Part shown: one piece after another, positions 1 to 9,766 of the stretch
Layout of the letters: the number at the start of each line of letters is the position of its first letter
Position numbering within the stretch: the first letter of the stretch is position 1
IMG/VR virus record: IMGVR_UViG_3300042453_002790
Coordinates: 751 to 64,750 of that record
Length of the DNA stretch: 64,000 bases
DNA from: a virus
Lineage: Duplodnaviria > Caudoviricetes
Strand: one strand, 5' to 3'
Made by a program: the position numbers and the translations under genes
The notes under the pieces: model-generated
The model's database searches: none
Told to the model about the DNA's origin: nothing
Seen by the model: the letters and a program-made list of their open reading frames with translations, nothing else

Positions 1-402
1 CTTCAGGAACTTTTGGAGTTCTGCGGTAGATCCCAAGAACACTGCATTATTTGTAACGTTTGTTGGTACGGATCCTTTCTGTTCTTGATTAATATCCTTC
101 ATTTTCTTTTGAAGATCTAGAAGTTTATCTGTAACATCTCCAACATTTTTAATAAGTTGTCCAGCAACTTCATATGCTCTTGGTGAGTCAGATTCTTGTG
201 CAAGTTCTAGAATACCATTAATAGCTTCTTGACCCTTTTCTATGATGGAATAAAGTTGACCTCTAGAATACTCATAGTCCTTTTGAAGTTGATCGACAAC
301 ATCTGAGGTTTTTTGTATCTCTGGTTTATCTACCTTGACTATTTCGGATTCTATTGGAGTAGTTTCAATATTTAAAGCTTTATCAATATCTTCAAAACTC
401 AT
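1..402 (-). CDS. gp16: Terminase small subunit (runs off the window edge)
   Basis: Manually translated from ATG at 402: MSFEDIDKALNIE...KDYEYSRGQLYSIIEKGQEAINGILELAQESDSPRAYEVAGQLIKNVGDVTDKLLDLQKKMKD...NNAVFLGSTAELQKFLK. Typical cyanophage gp16; follows gp15 with an ATGA overlap. Confidence 0.93.
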   Translation of the reverse strand, partial: MSFEDIDKALNIETTPIESEIVKVDKPEIQKTSDVVDQLQKDYEYSRGQLYSIIEKGQEAINGILELAQESDSPRAYEVAGQLIKNVGDVTDKLLDLQKKMKDINQEQKGSVPTNVTNNAVFLGSTAELQKFLK

Positions 403-1451
403 AGATCAATACCTTTTGTAGAACTATAAATCTTTCCATCTCCATCAAAATTATAACGATACTCACTAAATCCAAAGTCATCATCCAAGTTAATTAGATC
501 ATCATCTGAAGAATTGATGACATTAACTGGATCTCCTTCAGAATGAGTTGCAATAGAAGTTCCATCCTGACCCCTATTTACTGATAGAGTATTTCCTGTA
601 ATTTTACTAATAAACATAGATTCTTCACCGATCATAATGTATGATTTTTCAATCAGTGAAGTTGCATCCGAAACATCAAATACAGTTACATCTGATGAAA
701 TATCTTCAGCAATAGTTGTAGTTGCATCATTATCGTAATCTTTAAGAGCCCTTGGTTCCGCAACGTATCTCAATTGTCTGGAAGCATTTACTCTATTTGT
801 ATCTGTATAATAATCGACCTGAACTTGTTTAATCAATGCCTCATTTGGTGTTCCTACTGGTCCGAATAGATAGGTTTTTGCAACAAAATCTAAAGTATAG
901 ATTAACACTCTTCTTGTAGTAAAATCTCCTTCATATTGATCATCCATTGAAATACTTTCCAGTACCATTGGAATGTCTTTCTTTTCCCCAATACTTGAAA
1001 TAAGATCTACCGTTAAATTAAAATGTGGTTGGAAATATGGTAAAATTTGTTCTATAACTTGTAAGGCATCTTCATTCAATTTAGACATTATTGAAAGCCT
1101 AAAGTTAACATTATATGGTACAGGCATAAAAACTTTTGTTAGTTCATTATTTGCCTGATCATATGATCTAAAAGTTTGCATAGTAGATGATTTTCTACTA
1201 GAATCATAAGAAATCCCTGTCATTTCAAATGACATTCTGGGAAGAGTTATAGCTGCTCTTTTTTTAAGGTCTGGTACTTGTTCAATTCTTGCTAAAAACT
1301 TTTGAACGGGTCCATAAGCAATAGGAACTGTAATGATACTGAAATCATCCCCAGCATTATCTTTATGTTTAATTTGAATATTGTTAAAGAGTGTTCCGAA
1401 AGATACAATGGTCTTTCTCAATATTTCGTGGTAAAAATAATTAGAGATCAT
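399..1451 (-). CDS. gp15: Tail sheath stabiliser / tail completion protein
   Basis: YFYHEILRKTIVSFGTLFNNI, VPIAYGP.QKFLAR, LPRMSFEM, PVPYN, QVIEQILPYFQP, DDQYEGDFTTRR; synteny gp13-14-15-16. Confidence 0.93.
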   Translation of the reverse strand: MISNYFYHEILRKTIVSFGTLFNNIQIKHKDNAGDDFSIITVPIAYGPVQKFLARIEQVPDLKKRAAITLPRMSFEMTGISYDSSRKSSTMQTFRSYDQANNELTKVFMPVPYNVNFRLSIMSKLNEDALQVIEQILPYFQPHFNLTVDLISSIGEKKDIPMVLESISMDDQYEGDFTTRRVLIYTLDFVAKTYLFGPVGTPNEALIKQVQVDYYTDTNRVNASRQLRYVAEPRALKDYDNDATTTIAEDISSDVTVFDVSDATSLIEKSYIMIGEESMFISKITGNTLSVNRGQDGTSIATHSEGDPVNVINSSDDDLINLDDDFGFSEYRYNFDGDGKIYSSTKGIDL

Positions 1452-1478
1452 TACAAGTTACCGTAGAGTATTAATTAT

Positions 1479-2909
1479 TTAGTATTCACCAAAAGGATTG
1501 CGTTGACTGAAATCAACTATAGAGTCGGCAGCTTCTTCTATCTCAATATTTGAAGCATATGCATCTAAGAACTCATTTGTTTTTACTGATGCAATTCTGT
1601 AACTTGCAGCTGCACCAACTATAGCTTCTCCAAGTGCAAAGTTTCCATCAACAATTGCAACTTTAAGAATTCTATTAACGTAGTCCCAACTCTTAACATA
1701 TGCAGTTGTTCCAGTTTTTGTACCAGTTACAACTTCATTATAATCATAATCACCAAAGGTAATAGAAGTTGGATCTGTAAAGGTTACTGTTGGAGCAAAT
1801 GTGTATCCAGCTCCAGCATTTGTGTATCTTACAGCAGCTACAACCCCATTTGTGTTCAATATTGCCTCTGCTTGTGCATTATTAATATTAGATGAAACTC
1901 CAGAACTTGTTGGTATGAAGATTCTATCTATTATTACTTGTGGAGTAGTTGAATATCCCACACCTCCAGATGTAATTCCAATCAATCCAAGAACACCAGT
2001 GTTTATAACTGCAGTTGCAATTCCTCCAGATCCACTACCACCAGAAATTGTGACGGTAGGAGGTTCAGTGTATCCAAATCCAGGATTGGTTACTAAGATT
2101 CTATCAATAGACAATCTCTGATTTGAGGATCTACTTGTCATAATTGCAACAGCGGTTGCAGTCATACCACCTGTAGGAGGTTTGGATATTTTAACGGTTG
2201 GAGTTGAAATATATCCAAATCCGTCATTAAGTAAATCAATATATTGTACTGATTTGGATCCGGGAGTCGTTGTTGCAAATCCAACTACTGCTGTTGCAAC
2301 AGTTGCAGCCGCACCAACCATTTGAATAGTATAAACGTTTCCAAGATCTTTGATTGATTCATTGACTTCAATTCCAGTTGGATCAACTTCTGGGACATCG
2401 ATAATTTCATCTTCATATTCAAATCTTTCACATCTTAACTCATAGACATATAGATTGTTGAGTTGATAGAATGGTTTTTTATGTTCTACATATTTAATTT
2501 CAAATAGAGATTCATCTAGAGGAAACCAAATCAAATCTCCTTCTTGGGGTCTAAATGCAAGTTTCCTTTCATTTTCCGGCCATAATTTGAGTAACGGAGA
2601 AATGAAATCATCATATCTTTCTTTTGAAATTACAAGATTTATTTCATCATTGCTTCTTACGCCAAACTTTGAGAGTAAATCCCCATTTCCAGAAAAACCA
2701 TCAAAATTCATTAGATAGGCTTCAATTCTATAACTATCATCAAATTTTGAAGCGACTATTTCTTTAATGACGGTATTTTCTCCGACAATTTTTCTAGGCA
2801 TGTATAGAACATCTTGTCCATACATTTTCAGTTGTTCATTGACTAGATCTTGAATAAGTCGTTGCTCACTCGGAGATCCTTGTAAAAAATAAGAATTGAG
2901 TGGTGACAT
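1479..2909 (-). CDS. gp14: Neck protein with internal GxGY-repeat insertion
   Basis: EQRLIQDLVNEQLKMYGQDVLYMPR, LSKFGV, RPQEGDLIWFP, FEIKYVEH..PFYQL, C-terminal DFSQRNPFGEY. Confidence 0.93.
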   Translation of the reverse strand: MSPLNSYFLQGSPSEQRLIQDLVNEQLKMYGQDVLYMPRKIVGENTVIKEIVASKFDDSYRIEAYLMNFDGFSGNGDLLSKFGVRSNDEINLVISKERYDDFISPLLKLWPENERKLAFRPQEGDLIWFPLDESLFEIKYVEHKKPFYQLNNLYVYELRCERFEYEDEIIDVPEVDPTGIEVNESIKDLGNVYTIQMVGAAATVATAVVGFATTTPGSKSVQYIDLLNDGFGYISTPTVKISKPPTGGMTATAVAIMTSRSSNQRLSIDRILVTNPGFGYTEPPTVTISGGSGSGGIATAVINTGVLGLIGITSGGVGYSTTPQVIIDRIFIPTSSGVSSNINNAQAEAILNTNGVVAAVRYTNAGAGYTFAPTVTFTDPTSITFGDYDYNEVVTGTKTGTTAYVKSWDYVNRILKVAIVDGNFALGEAIVGAAASYRIASVKTNEFLDAYASNIEIEEAADSIVDFSQRNPFGEY

Positions 2910-2910
2910 A

Positions 2911-3744
2911 TTAACCTATGAGATCCAGTGGTGGTAATTCGTATTCATCCTTGAGTTGTTGCTCAAGTTTTTCAATCTCTGCAACTCCATCATCATAAAT
3001 TTGTCTACCATTAAGAACAATTCCTCCTGGAAGTTGAACTCCCTGGAACTTACTCATATTTTGACCCCATTGTTTCTTAATGAGAGCAGTAAGATATTTC
3101 TTTAGCCACCAATCGTTATAAAGTTTTGGAGCATCATTTGGATCCAAAATTCTATAACAATCAATAATTACATATTCATTTTCTCCAACTTGAGACCAAT
3201 CTATATCAAGATATAACTTATGATTTTTTTTATTGAATCTAATCTGTGCATGAGGGTTCAAAAGAAAATCTAAATCCTCTAGATATCTTTTAACCATCGC
3301 ATAGTTCAGAAGATCTAATGCACCATAATAGTAAACATCATTTAAGAATAACTGGTATTTGATATTAAATAGACCATCCGAAACGGTACTGGAATTAATT
3401 TTGAGAATATTATTTACACCAATAATACTATCTGGAAGGGGTAGATAATTTACTCCCTCAACATAAGTAAGTGAAGTCAAACCTGCACCCACAACATCGG
3501 TTGCAGATGTTGTAGCTGATCCTACAGGTCCTGGTTGAGCTAAGGTTGTTTTAGTTGCTGGGGTAAGTTTATGCTTTAGAAAAACACGATCAATACCATC
3601 ATAATGACGTTCATGATAATATTGAATCGCATCATCAATTAGGTTATCAATTTGATCGTCGTCTACGTTTATTTCTAAAACTGGCTTCCCTAGTTGTTTG
3701 AGGCAGTATTCTTTCAACTCTGCTCTACTAGATGGCTGTGCCAT
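2911..3744 (-). CDS. gp13: Neck protein
   Basis: PSSRAELKEYCLKQLGKPVLEINVDDDQ, WLKKYLTALIKKQWGQNMSKF.GVQLPGG..LNGRQIY. Confidence 0.95.
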   Translation of the reverse strand: MAQPSSRAELKEYCLKQLGKPVLEINVDDDQIDNLIDDAIQYYHERHYDGIDRVFLKHKLTPATKTTLAQPGPVGSATTSATDVVGAGLTSLTYVEGVNYLPLPDSIIGVNNILKINSSTVSDGLFNIKYQLFLNDVYYYGALDLLNYAMVKRYLEDLDFLLNPHAQIRFNKKNHKLYLDIDWSQVGENEYVIIDCYRILDPNDAPKLYNDWWLKKYLTALIKKQWGQNMSKFQGVQLPGGIVLNGRQIYDDGVAEIEKLEQQLKDEYELPPLDLIG

Positions 3745-3779
3745 AAAAAAATACCCCTAGTTTCCTAGAGGTATTTATA
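3745..3779 (-). terminator. Intrinsic-terminator-like hairpin overlapping a TATAAATA late promoter directly upstream of gp13
   Basis: Minus strand reads TATAAATACCTCTAG-GAAA-CTAGGGGTATTTTTTT-ATG: 12-bp stem (one G:U), GAAA loop, U-tract; promoter octamer at 3772-3779. Confidence 0.7.
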
Positions 3780-3781
3780 AT

Positions 3782-4471
3782 TTAGATGTCTGCGTATCTT
3801 CTTATTAATCTATGGAATATGTCATTAACTTTGAATCCAGCTTGACTGATTACTTTTTGGAACTCTTCGTAACTTTTTACATTATTGGAAGTTTCTTCAT
3901 CCAAATTTAATTCATTTAATTCATAACATATTTCTCTTATAAATGGGTCTTTAATAAAAGATTTTACCCAAAATACGCAAACGTCCCTATGACCTTTGGT
4001 TACTTTATTGACTCTATGTGGTACACCTGTTGGATAAACAATTCCAAATCCTGGATCTAATTTTATTTTAGTTTCTTCATCATTCATAAAGAAACAAAGT
4101 TCCCCACCTTCGTATGTAGAAGGATCTGAAAGAAATATAGTGACACTGTAGTGGCCATTGAATCCAATATCCACATGAGTATTGTAATATCCCCCTTCTT
4201 CAGTTCTAGTAACTAAAACATCTTCTATTTTTTTGGGAAAACAGAAATGTGAAAATTTTTTATTAGTGTCAATTGAGTTATAAACATTTTTTGAAATCTT
4301 TTCCTTTATGAAAGGATTCACAAGTTCTTTGTTATTTTTTGTTTGTGGGTCTCCATAATAAGTTTTTAAACCAGTTTCCCAATCACCATCTACCGAAAGA
4401 TCTAAAAATTTTTTAGTTTCTTTGAGTTGTTCTGTATCTAAAAAATTTATGATTACATAGTCATTTTTCAT
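3782..4471 (-). CDS. 2OG-Fe(II) oxygenase, PKHD/PiuC-like hydroxylase
   Basis: YNTHVD (HxD), SVTIFLSDPSTYEGGEL, HRVNKVTKGHRDV (distal His and Arg); start placed at the ATG of MKND. Confidence 0.88.
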   Translation of the reverse strand: MKNDYVIINFLDTEQLKETKKFLDLSVDGDWETGLKTYYGDPQTKNNKELVNPFIKEKISKNVYNSIDTNKKFSHFCFPKKIEDVLVTRTEEGGYYNTHVDIGFNGHYSVTIFLSDPSTYEGGELCFFMNDEETKIKLDPGFGIVYPTGVPHRVNKVTKGHRDVCVFWVKSFIKDPFIREICYELNELNLDEETSNNVKSYEEFQKVISQAGFKVNDIFHRLIRRYADI

Positions 4472-4473
4472 AA

Positions 4474-6027
4474 TCAATCTTGATAGATAGTTTCTTTCAA
4501 AAATTCATAATGAGTAGGTAATCCATCGACGTATGATGAAAGAGTATCATGGAACATTTTAAATTCTCTATTGATATTTTTAAACTGTTCAATTTCTTCA
4601 TAAGGAAGTTCACCTGATCCCGGTAAACCTCTACCCACTTTATATGTCGGCAAATATCCCATGCCGGCAGCAATATAAGGTACGCCTCCATACAAACCAT
4701 TAAAATTAGATTGTCTAAAGACATTAACTTCAAGTTGTTGAACATCATAATCATTGTGATATTCAATAGAAGTTACGTGTTTCCAATAATCAGTGTCTTG
4801 TCTCATTGACAATCCATAATGAATTTCAATAAATGATCTGACTCCATCCATTGTATAATTCAAGTAAGTATTAAACATAGATTTATCAATACCGGAGACA
4901 AATCTATCTCTCCTAATTAAAGTTTTAACTAATCTGAAAATATTATCGTGTGTAGTCAATAACCCAGTGGACTCTAAAGGTTCAATAAAACCATAAGAAA
5001 GTCCTATACCCAATACATTTTTTACCCAGGCTTTTTCCCTTTTGCCATGACGAATCGAAATTTCTTTCATCTCCAAATCGTCAGGAACATTCTTTTTGGT
5101 CTTTTTCAAATGATTGCGAAACTCAATTTCTGCTTGATCTCTGGACACAAATTTACTTGAATAAACATATCCAGAACCAATTCTACTCCACAATGGAATA
5201 TTCCATACCCACCCATTTTCAATTGCAGTGCAATTAGTAGTATTCTCCATTTCTTCATTTGGATTAGAATATGGAATTTTGGTAGCAAGAGCCCTATCAT
5301 TCATCAAAGTATCTCCAAAAGAGATGAACTTTGAACCCATTTTTTCTTCTAACAATAAGGATTTGAATCCCGTACAATCAATAAAAAGATCTGCGGTTAA
5401 TTTTTGACCAGATTCCGTTAAAATATATTCAATTTCCCCATCTTCTTTTTGAGAAATATCAACAACATCTTCCAAAATATGAGTCATTCCGGAAGGCAAA
5501 CAAATATTATTTTTAAGATAAATTCCAAATTTTGTCGCATCTAAATGATATGCAGTATCTTTTTCAAAAAAGAAATTTGGAATACTATTGTCTTCATTTT
5601 TTGTTAATTTATTTTTTTCGGATAGATAAGAAATTGGATTATAAAATTTGGCAAATTTATCAAAGGTGTGATATTCCGGATCTAGTTGTCGCAGAATTGG
5701 CCAACCATCCAATCCCCTTTGCATACGTTCTGCGGAATGATGCCCAAATGGATATTGAAATACGGTATTTAGCTCTCTAAAATCAGTAAATTTGATAGAA
5801 ACCTTATAAGTTGCATCACACTCTTTCATCCACTGATCATCACTTAATCCAATAAGATGTAAGTAACTGTTAAATTGACCTAAAGTGGATTCCCCCACTC
5901 CCATTGTTTTTATATCTTTAGATTCAATAAGAGTTACATCCATATCTGGAAAATTCTTACATAAAGCAGCAGCTGTCATCCATCCAGAACTACCACCACC
6001 CACAATAACAATTTTGTTGATTCTCAT
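4474..6027 (-). CDS. Flavin-dependent halogenase (tryptophan halogenase PrnA-like)
   Basis: GGGSSG FAD motif, GVGEST, ATYK (catalytic Lys position), DLFIDCTGF, GWVWNIP (WxWxIP), FIEPLESTG; GGAG precedes the ATG at 6027. Confidence 0.93.
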   Translation of the reverse strand: MRINKIVIVGGGSSGWMTAAALCKNFPDMDVTLIESKDIKTMGVGESTLGQFNSYLHLIGLSDDQWMKECDATYKVSIKFTDFRELNTVFQYPFGHHSAERMQRGLDGWPILRQLDPEYHTFDKFAKFYNPISYLSEKNKLTKNEDNSIPNFFFEKDTAYHLDATKFGIYLKNNICLPSGMTHILEDVVDISQKEDGEIEYILTESGQKLTADLFIDCTGFKSLLLEEKMGSKFISFGDTLMNDRALATKIPYSNPNEEMENTTNCTAIENGWVWNIPLWSRIGSGYVYSSKFVSRDQAEIEFRNHLKKTKKNVPDDLEMKEISIRHGKREKAWVKNVLGIGLSYGFIEPLESTGLLTTHDNIFRLVKTLIRRDRFVSGIDKSMFNTYLNYTMDGVRSFIEIHYGLSMRQDTDYWKHVTSIEYHNDYDVQQLEVNVFRQSNFNGLYGGVPYIAAGMGYLPTYKVGRGLPGSGELPYEEIEQFKNINREFKMFHDTLSSYVDGLPTHYEFLKETIYQD

Positions 6028-6039
6028 GATAATCTCCAA

Positions 6040-6867
6040 TTACTTATAAAAATTGTTTAAACGTTTTCTGAACTTATTATAAATGGTGTCAGTAAACCAA
6101 GAAATTGAACCATAATAATTATCTCTATGTATCTCAGATAATTTTTCCTTAGATAAAAAGTTAATTTCGTGATTAAAGGATGTTCTCTTGAAGGGTATTA
6201 TCAATGCAAGAGGTGTGTCTTTTAATATTACTTGTTTTTTCTGGTCATAAATTTCTGGAGATTCTTGAATTGCATAATTGAATTCAAAAAACCATTTTAA
6301 ATGAATTGGAGTAATGTCTGGATGAACAACTGCAGATACAGAAGTAAAATTTTTGTTCCTATTCCAATATGGATCTGTGATTAAAACAGAAACACCAGGA
6401 CTTGTTTTAATCCACCATGGACTTGATACTTTATGGAACATTCCCATTTTGGGTTTTTGTTCATAAGACATTCCTTGGAATTGATTAAATCTATGAACAC
6501 TATAATTTATTTCGGGAGTTTCTAAAGCGGACTCAAACCTCATTTCACCATTAATCATCCGAAAACACATGTCAGTCCAGGCTGGTAATATGTAACCAGT
6601 TTTTAAATAATCAACAATTCCTGGACAATGATGTACTGTACTATCTTTAATTAAGCTATATGGATTTTCTCCAGCAGCTAATGAACTTCTATTTCCAAGA
6701 GGATTCAGATTCATTATTGGAGCAAAAGGACATTTTGATTTTCCAGAAGAGGGTTTTTTACTTTTTAAAAACCACTCTGGAAATTGTTTATATGCTGGAT
6801 ATACTTCGGGTATTCCTTTTGCTTGATCCGAAGCACAAAATTGAATAATATTTTTCTTTTTGAACAT
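6040..6867 (-). CDS. Hypothetical protein, DUF6065-like/dUTPase-fold-like, with SKCPF motif
   Basis: TVHHCPGIVDYLKTGYILPAWTD, SPWWIKTSPGVSVL, KDTPLALIIPFKR; likely start MFKKK. Family assignment is tentative. Confidence 0.65.
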   Translation of the reverse strand: MFKKKNIIQFCASDQAKGIPEVYPAYKQFPEWFLKSKKPSSGKSKCPFAPIMNLNPLGNRSSLAAGENPYSLIKDSTVHHCPGIVDYLKTGYILPAWTDMCFRMINGEMRFESALETPEINYSVHRFNQFQGMSYEQKPKMGMFHKVSSPWWIKTSPGVSVLITDPYWNRNKNFTSVSAVVHPDITPIHLKWFFEFNYAIQESPEIYDQKKQVILKDTPLALIIPFKRTSFNHEINFLSKEKLSEIHRDNYYGSISWFTDTIYNKFRKRLNNFYK

Positions 6868-6938
6868 AAATTCACCAAAATGATAATTTGAAATTGTCAC
6901 TATATAATTTAACTGTTAATATAATACCTTATTAATTT

Positions 6939-7541
6939 ATGTTAGTAACTTGGCCTTCCCCTTTTATTTTTTGGACTGAGGTAGAAAACCATCAAGAAAT
7001 AAAAAAAGAATTGAAAGATAAAATTTTAGAAGAAAGTAAAGATTTTAAGTATTATAACTCTCCATTAAAGGATAGAAAAATAACGGAAAATAAATGGTAT
7101 TGTGAAGTTATTACTAGTTATTTTCACAGAAAAGAAATAGAAAAATTTTTTACTGAAAAAATAATTACATCTATTGTAGAAAATCCGTTAGAAGAATTAT
7201 TTAAGAATAAAAGTTTATTTCCTAATAAACCTAAAGATATAATTATACCCGAAATTTGGTTTAATGTATATAAACCTGGATATTCTCAAGAACTACATGC
7301 TCATGGTGGAGCTGTTTTATCGGGAATTTATTTACTGGAACTAAATGAACCAAATACTACAATGTTTTTTAACAACAACTCAAGATATGAATATATGAAA
7401 AGTGATGTTGGAAGTGTTTTCCCAACATCACACATTGAAGAGGGTAATGTAATATTTTTCCCTTCAGAAGTACCTCATTCTGTTAATAAATGCACTAGAG
7501 ATAGAATAACTATATCTTTTAACTTACTATTAGATTATTAA
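6939..7541 (+). CDS. Putative 2OG-Fe(II) oxygenase (TIGR02466-like, HxH type)
   Basis: WFNVYKPGYSQELHAHGGAVLSGIYLL, FFPSEVPHSV, RITISFN. Confidence 0.87.
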   Translation: MLVTWPSPFIFWTEVENHQEIKKELKDKILEESKDFKYYNSPLKDRKITENKWYCEVITSYFHRKEIEKFFTEKIITSIVENPLEELFKNKSLFPNKPKDIIIPEIWFNVYKPGYSQELHAHGGAVLSGIYLLELNEPNTTMFFNNNSRYEYMKSDVGSVFPTSHIEEGNVIFFPSEVPHSVNKCTRDRITISFNLLLDY

Positions 7542-7879
7542 ACAGGTTTTGTCCCATCTAGAGCGGGGGTCTCTGGAATTAAATCTTGAGCAGTGCTCAC
7601 TAACATTTTAGTTCTTTCCAATTCTTCTTCCATCATTTGAGCAGCAGATTTAATACTTCCCTCATCTACTAAATTTTTGAAAATAACTTCTTTATCTGCA
7701 GGAATAGAGGTTACAGTTGGATCTGCAATCATCTCTTTAATTTTTAGATCGGCTACTTCGTGAATGGTATTTCTGCAGCGAAGTTTTACCATCTCTTGAA
7801 ACCAGTCATCTGGGTCTACTGCAATATGAGCTAAAGCAGCATATTCCAAATCAGTTAATTCTACACTTAGAGTTACCAT
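7538..7879 (-). CDS. Small acidic partner protein following the C1q-like triplet (possible assembly chaperone or adaptor)
   Basis: 113-aa ORF with its own TATAAATA at 7905-7912; function inferred from position only. Confidence 0.6.
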   Translation of the reverse strand: MVTLSVELTDLEYAALAHIAVDPDDWFQEMVKLRCRNTIHEVADLKIKEMIADPTVTSIPADKEVIFKNLVDEGSIKSAAQMMEEELERTKMLVSTAQDLIPETPALDGTKPV

Positions 7880-7922
7880 TGTTCTTAACTATGAATTTTA
7901 ATAATATTTATATGATTATTGG

Positions 7923-8510
7923 TTATGGACAAAGACGCCCATAAAAATTAAAATGTCCCATATAAACTCTCTGATTTCCGCAGTTAAAATATGGTTGAGG
8001 GGATACGTATTGTCCTTGTGATAAGGATATTAAATTTTCCATGTTTATTCCATGAGCATAACTTCCATGGGAAGGATGATTAAACATCGAATGTCCATGT
8101 CTACCGTTATTAAAATTTAATCCACCATTAACACCAAAATTTGCATGAGTATAATGATATGTATTACCATCATCTAGATAATACATTGTCATTCCAAATT
8201 GATAATACCCTGTTACGGGAGCAAAATATCTACCATTAGTAGTATCAAATCCAAAACTACCAGCACCTCTTTGGTTTACGGACCATCTACCACCGGTAGA
8301 AAATCCCCAGTTTCCCATTTCTCTCCACTGGTTACATCCAATTTGCCCAGCATATCTCCATTCGTCCAAATTGCAAGACGCGGAAAACATTGGATACTGG
8401 GTTCTTCTTCCAGTGGTTTGACTTACTTCTTGTACAAAATTATTATTTGAAAAAAATTCAATACTTGTTGTGTCTGAAGTTATATTATTGGAACCAATAA
8501 TAATAGACAT
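7923..8510 (-). CDS. C1q/TNF-like domain protein, paralog A3
   Basis: PMFSAS, FDTTNGRYFAPVTGYYQF, LSQGQYVSP, FYGRL match the globular C1q pattern; AGGAG RBS. Confidence 0.75.
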   Translation of the reverse strand: MSIIIGSNNITSDTTSIEFFSNNNFVQEVSQTTGRRTQYPMFSASCNLDEWRYAGQIGCNQWREMGNWGFSTGGRWSVNQRGAGSFGFDTTNGRYFAPVTGYYQFGMTMYYLDDGNTYHYTHANFGVNGGLNFNNGRHGHSMFNHPSHGSYAHGINMENLISLSQGQYVSPQPYFNCGNQRVYMGHFNFYGRLCP

Positions 8511-8540
8511 GGTATACTAAACTCCTATTATTGATATTTA

Positions 8541-9113
8541 TTAACCCAATAAAGCTCCAGCAAACATTGTATAAGAAGCCAATATTCTTGAACTATTAGC
8601 GTTCCAATATGGTCTAACAACACAATACTCACCTTGATTCAGTTGCATAGTACACGAAACTACAATACCATCTTCATGATTGTATGGAGTAGCGTGCATG
8701 TAGATATTGTGTGGTTGTCTTCCATTATTCCAACCATATCCAGAATTTTTAGTAAAATGTAAGTGCATATAACTGCTTGTGCTGTTATTATCATTATATG
8801 CATAAGCTGAAAAATAAAAATAGTATGTTCCTGTCACAGGAGCAAAATATCTACCATTGGAATTCATTCCAAATGATCCCGCTCCCTGTTGATTCCAAGT
8901 CCAACCTACAGTTCCATTGATTTCTGGGTTAGCTCCCTGACCAAATTGATCTCTATATCTCCAGTCACCAACAGTTCCACTTGCACAAAATGCAGGAGTT
9001 CTATCTGTAATTCTTTGACCTGTTGTAAAATAATACAAACTTCGGATATTGTTTGGTCTAATATCCAAATCCGTATTACTTACAATACTATTTGGTCCGA
9101 TTGTAATAGGCAT
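8541..9113 (-). CDS. C1q/TNF-like domain protein, paralog A2
   Basis: PAFCAS, SNGRYFAPVTGTYYF, LNQGEYCVV, FAGALLG. Confidence 0.75.
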   Translation of the reverse strand: MPITIGPNSIVSNTDLDIRPNNIRSLYYFTTGQRITDRTPAFCASGTVGDWRYRDQFGQGANPEINGTVGWTWNQQGAGSFGMNSNGRYFAPVTGTYYFYFSAYAYNDNNSTSSYMHLHFTKNSGYGWNNGRQPHNIYMHATPYNHEDGIVVSCTMQLNQGEYCVVRPYWNANSSRILASYTMFAGALLG

Positions 9114-9117
9114 AGTT

Positions 9118-9717
9118 TTAACTAATTAGATGTCCGCAAAAGAAACTATGATCTGTATAAATTCGGGTATTGCCGGAATTGCCCTTATACATATAAGGAC
9201 TGCAATATTGACCTTCACTTAGATACATAATTGCAGAAATATTTGGCCCATGAGCATATGCAGATCCAACTCCTTGAGAATTTCCATGACCATAGATTGT
9301 ATATGGAACTCTCCCATTATTCCAACTCACATTACTATTAATTCCGAATACTAAGTGAGTATAGTTTGCGGTATTGTTGGTATCTTGAAGTTGATAAAAA
9401 TCACAATGGAAATAATAATATCCACTTTTGGGAGCAAAATATCTACCATTGGAGTTCATTCCACCACCGGAATTACCTCTTTGATACCAAGTCCAGTTAA
9501 AGGGAATTGTAACTCCAATTTCATTCCAAGCATTTGCAGCAAGATATCTCCAAGCACCACCAGTCCCATGAGCATTAAACCCAGGTTGATTTGGATTTCC
9601 ACTAGCTAAATTATTTAAAAATGTTTCCACGTTGGTGCTAGTGGAAACATTTATAGCCATGTTTCCATCACATCTTATTCTACTTTGGGTTGAACCTTCA
9701 CCCAGTATAATAGCCAT
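9118..9717 (-). CDS. C1q/TNF-like domain protein, paralog A1
   Basis: PGFNAH, SNGRYFAPKSGYYYF, LSEGQYCSP, FCGHLIS; AATAAATA late-promoter match at 9742-9749. Confidence 0.75.
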   Translation of the reverse strand: MAIILGEGSTQSRIRCDGNMAINVSTSTNVETFLNNLASGNPNQPGFNAHGTGGAWRYLAANAWNEIGVTIPFNWTWYQRGNSGGGMNSNGRYFAPKSGYYYFHCDFYQLQDTNNTANYTHLVFGINSNVSWNNGRVPYTIYGHGNSQGVGSAYAHGPNISAIMYLSEGQYCSPYMYKGNSGNTRIYTDHSFFCGHLIS

Positions 9718-9766
9718 AAATTCGATCTATTATTGTAATATTATTTATTACAATTGATTGTGTAAT

